This document shows, in pieces, positions 9,837 through 19,528 of a stretch of DNA of 64,000 nucleotides. Every line of letters starts with the position of its first letter. Position 1 is the first letter of the stretch. The notes beneath the pieces were generated by a model. It ran no database searches. It worked only from the letters and a program-made list of their open reading frames with translations, and was not told the origin of the DNA. The stretch is from Trueperaceae bacterium. GTDB taxonomy: Bacteria; Deinococcota; Deinococci; Deinococcales; Trueperaceae. The position numbers were made by a program, and so were the translations under genes. The stretch spans positions 1,440,001 to 1,504,000 of the forward strand of contig CBDCDZ010000004.1 of NCBI GenBank assembly GCA_965215565.1. Reading direction: 5' to 3'.

Positions 9837-11111
9837 ATGACAACCAGCGCGAGCTATCAAAAAGTCGACGTTCCCGAGGGCGATAAGATTACGCTCAAAA
9901 ACGGCGAACTGCAGGTCTCCAACAAACCGATCATCGCCTTTATCGAAGGCGACGGCACCGGACCCGACATCTGGCGAGCCTCGAAGCGCGTTTTCGACGC
10001 CGCGGTCGAAAACGCCTACGGCGGCGAGCGCGAAATCGCCTGGATGGAGGTCTACGCGGGCGACAAGGCGAACGACGTGTACGGCGAGACCTTGTGGCTG
10101 CCCGAAGAGACCGTGGACGTGCTCAATGAGTACCTCGTCGCCATCAAAGGACCTCTCACCACGCCCGTCGGCGGCGGCATCCGCTCCATCAACGTGGCGA
10201 TTCGCCAGCGCCTAGACCTCTACGCCTGCGTGCGCCCCGTGCAGTACTTCGACGGCGTCCCGAGCCCGATGAAAAAGCCCGAAGAAGTCAACATGACGAT
10301 CTTCCGCGAGAACACCGAGGACATCTACGCGGGCATCGAGTACAAAGAGGGCTCGGATGAGGTGAAAACGTTTTTGAACCTCTTGGAGGAGAACTTCTCC
10401 GAGTCGTATGGCAAGATTCGCTTTCCAGACTCGAGCGGCATCGGCATCAAACCCGTCTCGAAAGAGGGCACGGCGCGTTTGGTGAGAGGTGCCATCAACT
10501 ACGCCATCGACAACGATTTGCCCACCGTCACGCTCGTCCATAAAGGCAACATCATGAAGTTCACCGAGGGTGCCTTCCGCGATTGGGGCTACGCGGTGGC
10601 CAAAGAGGAGTTCGGCGCAACCGAACTCGACGGCGGACCCTGGCTCACCTTCCAAAATCCGAATACGGGCACCGAAATCACGGTCAAAGATGTGATCGCC
10701 GACGCGATGCTCCAGCAGATCATCCTGCGCCCCGCCGAGTACAACTGCATCGCCACCTTAAACCTCAACGGCGACTACATCTCGGACGCCTTAGCCGCGC
10801 AAGTCGGCGGCATCGGCATCGCGCCGGGCGCGAACATCAACTACGACTCAGGTCACGCCGTCTTCGAGGCGACGCACGGCACCGCGCCCAAATACGCCGA
10901 CCAAGACAAGGTCAACCCCTCGTCCGTCATCCTCTCCGGCGAGATGATGCTGCGGCACCTCGGTTGGAACGAAGCCGCTGAGCTAATCACCCAAGCAATG
11001 GGCAAAACGATTGCCCAAAAGCGCGTGACCTACGACTTCGAGCGGCAGATGGAGGGAGCAGAACTCCTCAAGACGAGTGAGTTTGGGGATGCGTTGATTG
11101 AAAATATGTAG
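9837..11111 (+). CDS. icd: NADP-dependent isocitrate dehydrogenase
   Basis: [58 protein letters not shown]; start set at ATG 9837 after GAGG SD. Confidence 0.97.
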   Translation: MTTSASYQKVDVPEGDKITLKNGELQVSNKPIIAFIEGDGTGPDIWRASKRVFDAAVENAYGGEREIAWMEVYAGDKANDVYGETLWLPEETVDVLNEYLVAIKGPLTTPVGGGIRSINVAIRQRLDLYACVRPVQYFDGVPSPMKKPEEVNMTIFRENTEDIYAGIEYKEGSDEVKTFLNLLEENFSESYGKIRFPDSSGIGIKPVSKEGTARLVRGAINYAIDNDLPTVTLVHKGNIMKFTEGAFRDWGYAVAKEEFGATELDGGPWLTFQNPNTGTEITVKDVIADAMLQQIILRPAEYNCIATLNLNGDYISDALAAQVGGIGIAPGANINYDSGHAVFEATHGTAPKYADQDKVNPSSVILSGEMMLRHLGWNEAAELITQAMGKTIAQKRVTYDFERQMEGAELLKTSEFGDALIENM

Positions 11112-11250
11112 GCAAAAAGCAGCAATGAGATGAAAGCAATCCCCTTTCGGGGACGATTACAAAGTTTTCGCGGAGGCGAAACGGTGAGCAATGAGTCTAA
11201 AGATTTTTCACTCATTGCTCGTTGCTCGGTACTCATTGCTGCTTTTGCTA
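11112..11250. repeat. Composite inverted-repeat element between icd and Uma2
   Basis: Outer IR GCAAAAAGCAGCAATGAG...CTCATTGCTGCTTTTGC, inner GAGCAATGAGT...ACTCATTGCTC. Confidence 0.55.
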
Positions 11251-11260
11251 TAATTACAGA

Positions 11261-11806
11261 ATGATTCAACCAAAACCCTACCACTTCAGTATCGAGGAGT
11301 ACGAGCAAGTCGCGTGCGCTGGCGTGTGGGATGGTGTACGGGTGGAACTTCTTGATGGCGAGGTCTTTCACATGGCACCCATTGGACCAGAACATAGCCT
11401 TTCGGTTATACAGTTTATTGAGCAGTTAGTTCTTAGGTTCAGCGGACGCGCCGTACTTGCGGCACAAAATCCTCTTCATTTATCCCCTGATGGCGAGCCT
11501 GAACCTGATATTGTGTTACTCAAGCCGCCAAAAGAGCAGTATCAGTCTCGTTTGCCGACAGGGGAAGACGTCTTGCTCCTCATCGAAGTGTCCAAGAGCA
11601 CCCTCGAGTACGACCGCACCAAGAAACTGCCTATCTATGCTAGAGCAACTATTCCCGAAGTGTGGATTCACAACCTTGTGGATAGTCAGTTAGAGGTTTA
11701 CAGAAACCCGCAGAACGAGCGCTACACCTCTTTATCAACGTACGAAGAGGGTCAAGAGGTTGCGCCTTTGGCGTTTGGTAGCGAGTTTATCCAATGGTGG
11801 GCATAA
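11261..11806 (+). CDS. Uma2 family endonuclease (PD-(D/E)xK-like)
   Basis: RVELLDGE..MAPIG.EH, EPEPDI, LLIEVS..TLEYDR..K...YA...IPEVWI. Confidence 0.92.
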   Translation: MIQPKPYHFSIEEYEQVACAGVWDGVRVELLDGEVFHMAPIGPEHSLSVIQFIEQLVLRFSGRAVLAAQNPLHLSPDGEPEPDIVLLKPPKEQYQSRLPTGEDVLLLIEVSKSTLEYDRTKKLPIYARATIPEVWIHNLVDSQLEVYRNPQNERYTSLSTYEEGQEVAPLAFGSEFIQWWA

Positions 11807-11879
11807 AGCAGCGAGTTGAACTCGTCACGACCTCTTAAACTGAGTAAGCGGGCGGCGCTCGAGGTATCCTCTTCTCATC

Positions 11880-12527
11880 ATGAATAAAAGCACGGCTAAA
11901 AAGTCGCCCGCCGTTCTCCTCCTCGCTGTCATTGTTTTCGTCCTAGCCGGGCTCTTTGGCGATGACCTACCTATTCTCAACGAAGTCGCTGAGCTGTTCG
12001 ATGAGTTTTTGGGCGGCGGCCCGAGTGTTACAGGTTTGCAAGGTCCAGCGGAGGTGACGCGCGTATCCGACGGAGACACCATCACGGTGACGCTGGACGG
12101 GCGCGAAGAGAAGGTGCGGCTCACCGGGATTGACACGCCCGAGACCTTCGCGAGTTCCAAACTCGACCGCGACGTAGACCTCTCGCCCCTCAACCGTGAA
12201 GAGATGCGCGCGCTCGGTAAAGAGGCGACGGCGTACGCGGAGGATTTGATGGAGGGGCGAGAGGTCTATTTAGAGCTGGACGCCGAGGAGCGAGACCGCT
12301 ACGGGCGGATGTTGGCGTATGTCTACACCTTGGAGCAGGGCGGCGACTGGACCTTTCAAGATGAGACCTTCGAACAGGTCAACTTAGAGCTGGTCGAGGC
12401 GGGTTGGGCGGACCCCTTGACCATTGCGCCGAACGATAAATACGCCGAGCTATACGTAGACGCGGCGCAAGTCGCGCGGCGGCAGAACCGGGGGATATGG
12501 GCGCAGGGGTGGGTAGCGAGTGAGTAA
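11880..12527 (+). CDS. Thermonuclease (SNase) family protein, membrane anchored
   Basis: RVSDGDTI, KVRLTGIDTPE, RDRYGRMLAYVY, N.ELV.AGWA, A....RGIW. Confidence 0.93.
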   Translation: MNKSTAKKSPAVLLLAVIVFVLAGLFGDDLPILNEVAELFDEFLGGGPSVTGLQGPAEVTRVSDGDTITVTLDGREEKVRLTGIDTPETFASSKLDRDVDLSPLNREEMRALGKEATAYAEDLMEGREVYLELDAEERDRYGRMLAYVYTLEQGGDWTFQDETFEQVNLELVEAGWADPLTIAPNDKYAELYVDAAQVARRQNRGIWAQGWVASE

Positions 12528-12529
12528 GG

Positions 12530-13033
12530 TCAGTTGATCCGCCCAAAGAGCCACACCAACAGCCAGACGACGAGCACGACGCCTCCCCCTACAACCGCTA
12601 ACGCGCCAAGCAAAAGAAAGATAGGACCTTTGTTCGAAGGCCTCTCGAACACCACCTCATCTGAGGGTCCCAAGTGCTGCTCTAAGAGGTAGAGGTTCCT
12701 CACGTTGGACTTCCAGGTGGCGTCGAAGAGGTCACCGATGAGCGGGACGCTCCCGGCCAACGTTTCTAAACCGATGTTAAAAACCATCCGTGTTAAGGTG
12801 CTTCTCGGCGCACCGAGGCGGTACGCCTGGTAGACGATGTAGCCCGATGGCACGAGCATAACCATATCGCCGATGCCCGGAATAAGTCCGATGATAGCGT
12901 CCCAGCCAACGCGGTAGCCCACGCCCGGAATCTCGAAGGCGTTGTCGAGCGTATGTGTCAGGCTGCGAAGCTGCTTTAAGGTCTCGAGCTTCTCTCTATT
13001 TTTAGCTGAACGTGCCGCCGTATCTTTAGGCAT
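12530..13033 (-). CDS. DUF4112 domain membrane protein
   Basis: LDNAFEIPG..YRVGWDAIIGLIPGIGD, GSVPLIGDLFD..WKSN.RN. Confidence 0.9.
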   Translation of the reverse strand: MPKDTAARSAKNREKLETLKQLRSLTHTLDNAFEIPGVGYRVGWDAIIGLIPGIGDMVMLVPSGYIVYQAYRLGAPRSTLTRMVFNIGLETLAGSVPLIGDLFDATWKSNVRNLYLLEQHLGPSDEVVFERPSNKGPIFLLLGALAVVGGGVVLVVWLLVWLFGRIN

Positions 13034-13096
13034 GAGTTATCCGTATCCGCGAAGCTTCTAGCGGTTAGCTAAACCTTTAAGCTAACCGCTAAATTT

Positions 13097-13190
13097 AGTA
13101 GTGGCTCTACATGGAATGACACTGGCGTCAAAGCAAGGGGTTGAAACCCCTTGTTCATCGCACGACGACATTGGACCCGGAACCACTACC
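13097..13190 (+). repeat. Repeat family C copy 1 (GTAGTGG...CCACTAC ends, AAGGGG hairpin)
   Basis: Core AGCAAGGGGTTGAAACCCCTTGTT identical to reverse complement of 57242-57265; similar ends. Confidence 0.65.
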
Positions 13191-13198
13191 CCTGAATC

Positions 13199-13615
13199 TT
13201 ACGTCGCCGAATACGACGCGAAGTGCCGCTCGACGATCTTCATATTGCGCTTGTTCGACTTCCAGAAGAGGTCAAAAATATCGCCGATCAGAGGAATGCT
13301 GCCGACTAAAACATCTACAAGTGAGTTGAAAACCATCCTCGAGACCTTCTCACGTGGCACGCCCATGTTGTACGCCTTGAAGATGATGTAGCTCGAAATG
13401 GCAAAGCCGCTAAAGTCACCGATCACGGGCACGAGCCCTAAAAGTCCATCCAAACCGACGCGGTAATTGATGATGGGAATTTTGACCGCCTCATCTAAAA
13501 GATTTGCCAAGCGGCGCATCTCGTTCAGGTCACGCTGAAAGGACTTGTTTCTGCCATACTCGTAGCGCCCGTAGTTGCTGCCGTAGTCGTAGTCGCTATT
13601 GTTGTAGTCGCTCAT
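13199..13615 (-). CDS. DUF4112 domain protein (second paralog)
   Basis: LLDEAVKIP..YRVGLDGLLGLVPVIGD, GSIPLIGDIFD.FWKSN.RN; ATG overlaps the NUDIX stop. Confidence 0.88.
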   Translation of the reverse strand: MSDYNNSDYDYGSNYGRYEYGRNKSFQRDLNEMRRLANLLDEAVKIPIINYRVGLDGLLGLVPVIGDFSGFAISSYIIFKAYNMGVPREKVSRMVFNSLVDVLVGSIPLIGDIFDLFWKSNKRNMKIVERHFASYSAT

Positions 13616-14085
13616 ACTCGTTTTCCCCCTCGTCCGTCCCACCCTGCATAGGTGTAGAATCTCCCTGTTTTACCATCTCGCAGGTAGTTTGCAAGTGGCT
13701 CACGTAGCGGCGGGATAGGAATCAGGGTCTCTACCTCTTCCACCGGAAAGAACCGCGCCTCGACGATAAAGCCGTCGGGGTCGCGCGGATTCAGAAGCCC
13801 GTCGTACGCCGCGACAAACGCGAACGAGATGGCCCTGTCGTTGCGCCGCACGTCCTCGACGTGAACCGAGTACGCTAAGTGTTCTATGTGCGTGACCCTG
13901 AGCCCCGTCTCCTCCATCACCTCTCTGGAAAGCGCGTCGATGGTGGACTCGCCGCGCTCCACCACGCCGCCCGGCAAGGTGTAGCGCACGTGACCGTAAC
14001 CCTGCCAGTCGTTGCCGACCAAAAGCACCCGACCCTGCGCGTCGAGCAAAATTGCGGCGGCAACGACGAACTCACGCCGCGCCAC
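13612..14085 (-). CDS. NUDIX hydrolase
   Basis: Nudix box PGGVVERGESTIDALSREVMEETGL. Confidence 0.92.
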   Translation of the reverse strand: MARREFVVAAAILLDAQGRVLLVGNDWQGYGHVRYTLPGGVVERGESTIDALSREVMEETGLRVTHIEHLAYSVHVEDVRRNDRAISFAFVAAYDGLLNPRDPDGFIVEARFFPVEEVETLIPIPPLREPLANYLRDGKTGRFYTYAGWDGRGGKRV

Positions 14086-15190
14086 GGCTCACGTTGCTCG
14101 TGCTACCCTCGCTACGCTGCGCGCCGCCCATCTCGTCTAAACGCTGCGCCTGCTCCGCCTCGCTCAAGACTTCGGTCAACTCGTCCACCTTGCCCGTCAT
14201 GATGTCGCCAAGATTATGTGTGGTGTAGCCGATGCGGTGGTCAGTGACCCGCGACTGCGGAAAGTTGTACGTGCGAATCTTCTCGCTGCGCTCACCCGTG
14301 CCAATTTGCACAAGCCGCGCCTCTCTCGCTTCGGAGGCTGCCCGTTCGCGCTCGCGCTCCAAGAGTCGCGCCCGGAGGACGGTTAGCGCCTTCTCCTTAT
14401 TCTTAATCTGGCTCTTACCGTCCTGACAGGTCACGACGATTTCGTCCGAGGTGCCCGGCTTATACGTGATGCGCACTGCCGAGTCCGTGGTGTTCACCGA
14501 CTGCCCGCCCGGTCCGCTACTCCTATACACGTCCACGCGGTAGTCGCTCGGGGAGAGGTTGACGTCCACGTCTTCGGCTTCGGGTAAGACAGCGACGGTG
14601 ATGGTGCTCGTGTGGATGCGCCCTTGCGTCTCGGTTTCGGGGACGCGCTGAACCCTATGCACGCCCGACTCGAACTTGAATTTGCTGTACGCGCCGCGCC
14701 CGGTGATCTCAAAATTCACCTTGCTCAGCCCGCCGACGCTATTGGCGTAGGAGTCGATGACTTCGGTTTTGAAGCCTAGCGCTTCGGCGTAGCGCTGGTA
14801 CATGCCCAGCACTTCGGCGGCGAAAAGGGAGGCTTCGTCACCCCCTGCAGCCGCGCGAATCTCGATGATGACGTTCTTGTCGTCGAAGGGGTCTTTGGGA
14901 AGTAGGAGGGTCTCAAGCCGACTCTCGAGCACGGTTCTCTGCGCCTCTAAAGCCTCCAACTCCTCACGCGCCATCTCCTCTAACTCGGGGTCAGCGAGGG
15001 CTTCTCGTGCGTTATCCATACCTGAGAGCACATCTCTATATTCGGTATACACTTTGACGATGCTCTGCAACTCGCTGTAGCGCTGCATCGCCTCACGGTA
15101 GCGCGTCTGGTTGCTAAGCAGCTCGGGGTCGCCCAAGGACTGCTCGAGCGCCGCAAACTCACGACTAAGGTGTTCTAGCTTCTCGATCAT
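14072..15190 (-). CDS. prfA: Peptide chain release factor 1
   Basis: GVHRVQRVPETE (PxT motif), SSGPGGQSVN (GGQ), RSEKIRTYNFPQ. Confidence 0.97.
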   Translation of the reverse strand: MIEKLEHLSREFAALEQSLGDPELLSNQTRYREAMQRYSELQSIVKVYTEYRDVLSGMDNAREALADPELEEMAREELEALEAQRTVLESRLETLLLPKDPFDDKNVIIEIRAAAGGDEASLFAAEVLGMYQRYAEALGFKTEVIDSYANSVGGLSKVNFEITGRGAYSKFKFESGVHRVQRVPETETQGRIHTSTITVAVLPEAEDVDVNLSPSDYRVDVYRSSGPGGQSVNTTDSAVRITYKPGTSDEIVVTCQDGKSQIKNKEKALTVLRARLLERERERAASEAREARLVQIGTGERSEKIRTYNFPQSRVTDHRIGYTTHNLGDIMTGKVDELTEVLSEAEQAQRLDEMGGAQRSEGSTSNVSRGAA

Positions 15191-15367
15191 AATGCACTAG
15201 TCTACCGTCAAGCGTGTCTGAGAAGTAGAGGAGAGGGGACAAAGGGGCAAGGTGTCACAGTCTGAGAGCGGCGCAAAAGGTTCTGTGGTTAAGGTGGAGG
15301 AGCGGGTCAGCGTATCAGCTCATTAGGAAAACCTGACTGGCTGAAATCCAGTCAGGCTGGTTGCGTA

Positions 15368-15541
15368 TAGCAGTTCCAAGACACACTGAGACGAAATGCC
15401 GCTTTCTGAAAGCTCACAGGGACGTAGTTTTCGCTCCGCGAAGGGCATCATCACCGAACGTGCGTGCTAACCGTCGCTTCGGACAGTAAGAATATCTCAA
15501 ACCAGCTCCGAACACAGTGAGACAAACTTTGATACCTGCTA
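15368..15541 (+). mobile_element. Family A MITE-like repeat
   Basis: TAGCAGTTCCAAGACACACTGAGAC ... GATACCTGCTA. Confidence 0.8.
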
Positions 15542-15616
15542 ATTACAGTCGCACACGCTCCCGCTAGCCCGAAGGGAATGAAAGGTGCGGAGGTGCTCTG
15601 TTAAACTCTAAACATC

Positions 15617-16066
15617 ATGAAGCGCCTTACCCTCTTTCCCATTCTCGGTTTACTCATCCTCACAAGCTGTGTGCCTGCGACGGAACAACTGCCTGTCGCT
15701 CCTACGCCCATCACCTATCAGGGTGCCCCAAAAGAGGTCCACGAGACCGTGCTGCAAACAGTCGTAGACTCGCCGGGCGTGCCCGGTTACAACCCTGGCG
15801 GGCTGGACGGTTACGAGCGAGCGCCGTCGGGACCCTGGGAAATCGTATCGAGTGATCCTCCCCGGAGCGTCTCCGCGCGAGCCGAGTCGCGCGCGTCGGG
15901 ATTTTTGGGCTCTAACGCGGAGCCGGACGTGCACGAGATTGAGGTGAGGTTGAGCGAGGTGGGCGGCGTGGCAACTCGAGTTTCGGTTCAAGGAACGCCG
16001 CAAGCGCAAGGATTAGCTGACGATATTTACGCTCGGCTTGACGAGCGGTTTGGGAGGCGTAAGTAG
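15617..16066 (+). CDS. Hypothetical lipoprotein
   Basis: MKRL...LILTSC lipobox. Confidence 0.75.
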   Translation: MKRLTLFPILGLLILTSCVPATEQLPVAPTPITYQGAPKEVHETVLQTVVDSPGVPGYNPGGLDGYERAPSGPWEIVSSDPPRSVSARAESRASGFLGSNAEPDVHEIEVRLSEVGGVATRVSVQGTPQAQGLADDIYARLDERFGRRK

Positions 16067-16067
16067 G

Positions 16068-16144
16068 TGGTGCGCCCGGTAGGAGTCGAACCTACGACCT
16101 TGGGCTTAGGAGTCCCCTGCTCTATCCTACTGAGCTACGGGCGC
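16068..16144 (-). tRNA. tRNA-Arg(CCT)
   Basis: GCGCCCG acceptor stem, TAGCTCAG..GGATAGAGC D arm, CT-CCT-AA loop, GGTTCGACTCC T arm, encoded CCA. Confidence 0.92.
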
Positions 16145-16195
16145 ACGCGGCAGAGCCAGAGGATATTCTACCGGAGCCGCGCGCGCCCTTCAAGC

Positions 16196-16669
16196 TCAAG
16201 CTTGAATCGAATGTGGAATAGGATCGCTCTCGCCTCTTAGATGTCGCATGAGCCAGCTACCCGGCTCGACGGTAAACGAGGCGTTGCGCCAGTCGTCGGT
16301 GTACTGCGTGTCCAGGAGGTTTAGAGCCACCTCTTCTTGTCTGCCCCTACTGACCCGCAACGCCGTCAAAAAGTTCGCCGCGAGTTTGCCTGCGAGTTCG
16401 CGGTCTAAAAGCGGAATGTCGCTGAGGTCCGCTACGCCGATGTTGGCGGTATAGTCGGTGTGGTCGGTAATCGCAATCATAAAGCTCTCGATCGCTTGCA
16501 GACCGAACTCGGTAAAGGTGTAGAGCGCGGGATAGGTTTCTTTAAGTGGACCCTTCACGTAGTCGCGCGTCACCTCTAAAACGTCGGGGATGGTGTCTAA
16601 GGTTTTGCCGAGCGGGAGTTTATTGGTGTCACGGTCATCTAAGACGAGAAAGATATCGACGGCGTTCAT
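16196..16669 (-). CDS. Hypothetical protein
   Basis: ORF with GGAGG SD before ATG 16669. Confidence 0.7.
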   Translation of the reverse strand: MNAVDIFLVLDDRDTNKLPLGKTLDTIPDVLEVTRDYVKGPLKETYPALYTFTEFGLQAIESFMIAITDHTDYTANIGVADLSDIPLLDRELAGKLAANFLTALRVSRGRQEEVALNLLDTQYTDDWRNASFTVEPGSWLMRHLRGESDPIPHSIQA

Positions 16670-17038
16670 GAGTGGCACCTCCAGGCAGCGGGTATCAAGG
16701 TCAGCCCCGTTGATGTTCGGAACTGGCTATAGACGCGCTCAGCGAGAGGAGCATCCGCCTTGACGCATCCTAAAAAGTAGCACCCGCAAAAGCTCGCTCC
16801 GGTGGACTGAAGCGCTTTTAACATGGTTTTAGGTAGACTGTTCGTAAGCTCCATATACTATTGTAGAAGCTACGCGCCGAAAAAGCGAGGGGTTATTCAC
16901 GCTTTTCGTGAAAATGTGGAAAGTTATAAGTTTTGCTGAAGGTTCTAGGTAGGATTTTAGAATTGAGCTTACATTCTTGCTGAAGTCGCTGAAGGTTTTA
17001 TCTTCTGCGTGAAAGAGAAGCGCCGTATCCCAGCAGTA

Positions 17039-17149
17039 TAGCAGGTATCATCTGGTTTGAGCCAGTCTCACATGATAGAACAACGACTAGCACGCACTTT
17101 AAGGGATGATATCTGCGCTATTTCAGTCCAATACTTCTGATAACCGCTA
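17039..17149 (-). mobile_element. Family A MITE-like repeat (short variant)
   Basis: TAGCAGGTATCATCTGGTTTGAGCCAGTCTCAC ... GATAACCGCTA. Confidence 0.75.
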
Positions 17150-17647
17150 TAATCATCCGGTTTACCCCGTCCTCATTAAAGCGTTGGCTAGCACGCTCGT
17201 TAGAGGGTGGTACTTGCGAAAAAGTGCAACGACGTTACCCGGGAACGATTAAGGTGCACCGCTCGAGGACGAACCCGGTCAAACTTAGAGCTTCGCGGCA
17301 GCGCTCGGGTAGACTCGGGTCCACTTTCAACTTTCAATGTAAACATGAGTCACCGGCTCATGTTGAGCCAATATTAAGAACTGGTTAAAGTGTGAAAACT
17401 TTCGTGTCTGACGGTAAGATAGTGCTGCGGCACTACGCTGAGTGAGCAGCGGGTATTTTCTCAAGAAAAAACGCGGTATATTTTCTCGAGACTTAGGTTC
17501 GGCAGCTTAGCGGCAGCCCGAGCTTTATTAGCGCAACCTTACATATAGACTTGTGTGCGGGGCTAACCACAATCCTAAAACCGTTATTCAGATAGGCGGG
17601 TACGCAGTGATGTTTAACCAACGACTTCTCCTTCAACCCTTTCAGCT

Positions 17648-19528
17648 ATGTCGCGGCGCATGACGCGCAAGCCGCAGCCTGCGGCGTCCGCCCCGCGTAG
17701 GCCCGGCGCAACGGTCTACACCTCAATAGACAGTGCGCCCCCTGAGTTCTCGGTGCCGCGTCCGTTCTGGTACGTGCTGCTCTTTTTACTGGCGTTCGTT
17801 GTATGTTCGGCGCTTTCGCTGCTGGTGCTGCCCGCCGTGGAGTCGTTCTATACCGAGTTGCTCCGCCGCGCCACGGGCGGGCTCCGCTTCCCCGAGCCTA
17901 CCTACGCCCTGAGGTTGCGCCCCTTCTTCTTCGTCTTTTTCCTCGCGTTCAGCCTCTTCGCGTCAGGCTCACCTTGGCGGCGGCTCAAGCTCGCGGGCAC
18001 CCTGCTGCTCTCTTACGTCTTCGCGATGCTCTTTTTGGATACGCTTTTGCTCAGTTTGACGCCCGTGGTGAGCCCGCGGCTCATCGCGGTCATCGCGAAC
18101 GTCTCGATCGGCTTCGCCGCGCTCATCATTCTCGCCGCCGTGCTGCTTTTGCAGGGGCACTTCCCGCTCGACGAGCGCGTCCAGGCGCGTTTGGCGCGTC
18201 CGCGCCGCTACGCCATGCTCCTCTTGCTCGCGGGCGCGGCGAGTGCACTCGTTGCTATCTTGGTAAGCCGTTTTATGGGGGGGGCGCTCGAGTCGCTACG
18301 CTCGGTGGGTCTGCTGGGCGGGCTCGGTCCCGGTATCGTCCTCTTCTTCCCGCTCTGCTTCGCGTTTTTAGCACTTTACGAACTCACGTCACTGCGCCAG
18401 CGAAAGGGTGACATCCGCTACTCTATCGCCTTTTTGGTGCCCGCCTTTAACGAAGAGGACGACATCGCCGCGTGCATTCAGAGCTTGGACCGGGCGGCGC
18501 AGCACTACGGGCGGCTCTGCCAGCTTTACGTCGTGGACAACGATTCAAAAGACGCCACCAAAGCCGTCGCGCAAGCCGCGCTCGACGACTGCAAGGCGCT
18601 CAAGGGTCAGGTGCTGAGCTGCCCAGAGCCGGGCAAGTCAAAGGCGCTCAACGCCGGACTGCGTCAGATCAAAGAGGACATCGTCGTGCGCGTGGACGCC
18701 GACACGCTCGTCTCGCCTCACATCCTCTCGTGGGCGATTCCCCACTTCTCCGAGCCGGCGGTGGGCGCGGTCAGCGGACTGCCGCTGCCGCGAGAATCGG
18801 ACTCGCTCCTCTCGAAAATGCGGGCGATAGAGGTCTACCTCAACCAGGGTTTCGGGCGGCTCGGGCTCTGCGCGGTGGACGGTCTCCTCAGTATGCCCGG
18901 CATCTTCTCGGCGTACCGGCGGAGCTGCTTAGTCGAGCTTGAGGGCTTCGCGGAAGGCATCAACGGTGAGGACACCGACATCGTGCTGCGCACCGGGCGG
19001 CTCGGCTATAGGCTCGTCAACGACCCGCGCTTGCAGGTCTATTCGGAGGTGCCCGCCACTTTGGGTCACCTGCGCGAACAGCGCCTGCGCTGGTTTCGCA
19101 GCATCTACCACGTGGCGTCGCGCAACCGCTCAGCCATGACCATGCGCCAGGGCGTGCGCGGCAGCTTCACCCTCCCTTGGGCGCTCGTGCAGAGCGCGCG
19201 GCGCTCGATGATGGTGCCGATCCTTGTCTACGCGGTGGTAGTAGCCGCCTTAGAGCCAACAGCGCTCTACTTGCGCTCGGGCGCAACCATCGTGGCGATC
19301 TTAGCAGGCTCGTCGCTGCTCATCTCGCTCGCGGTGCTCGCCGCCTATCGGCGTTGGGAACTCTTCGCCTTCGTGCCCGCGTACTTGGGCTTTCGGCTTC
19401 TGCGCGCCTACTTGAGCCTCGACTCGCTCTTTACCTTGCCGCTCGGTCCTGCGCCAACCGAGCCCGTTTCGCGGGCTACTCCTGCTGCGACGCCGCAACG
19501 GGAGCGCGTAACTGTCTCAGAAAATTGA
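17648..19528 (+). CDS. Processive family 2 glycosyltransferase with N-terminal multi-TM extension
   Basis: VPAFNEE, VVDNDSKD, GKSKALN, VDADT (DxD), GEDTD, EQRLRW (QxxRW); flanking TM helices. Confidence 0.9.
   Translation: MSRRMTRKPQPAASAPRRPGATVYTSIDSAPPEFSVPRPFWYVLLFLLAFVVCSALSLLVLPAVESFYTELLRRATGGLRFPEPTYALRLRPFFFVFFLAFSLFASGSPWRRLKLAGTLLLSYVFAMLFLDTLLLSLTPVVSPRLIAVIANVSIGFAALIILAAVLLLQGHFPLDERVQARLARPRRYAMLLLLAGAASALVAILVSRFMGGALESLRSVGLLGGLGPGIVLFFPLCFAFLALYELTSLRQRKGDIRYSIAFLVPAFNEEDDIAACIQSLDRAAQHYGRLCQLYVVDNDSKDATKAVAQAALDDCKALKGQVLSCPEPGKSKALNAGLRQIKEDIVVRVDADTLVSPHILSWAIPHFSEPAVGAVSGLPLPRESDSLLSKMRAIEVYLNQGFGRLGLCAVDGLLSMPGIFSAYRRSCLVELEGFAEGINGEDTDIVLRTGRLGYRLVNDPRLQVYSEVPATLGHLREQRLRWFRSIYHVASRNRSAMTMRQGVRGSFTLPWALVQSARRSMMVPILVYAVVVAALEPTALYLRSGATIVAILAGSSLLISLAVLAAYRRWELFAFVPAYLGFRLLRAYLSLDSLFTLPLGPAPTEPVSRATPAATPQRERVTVSEN

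Noticed and set aside
17150..17647. c-di-GMP or c-di-AMP riboswitch before the GT2 gene
   Set aside because: Conserved aptamer motifs could not be found by eye.
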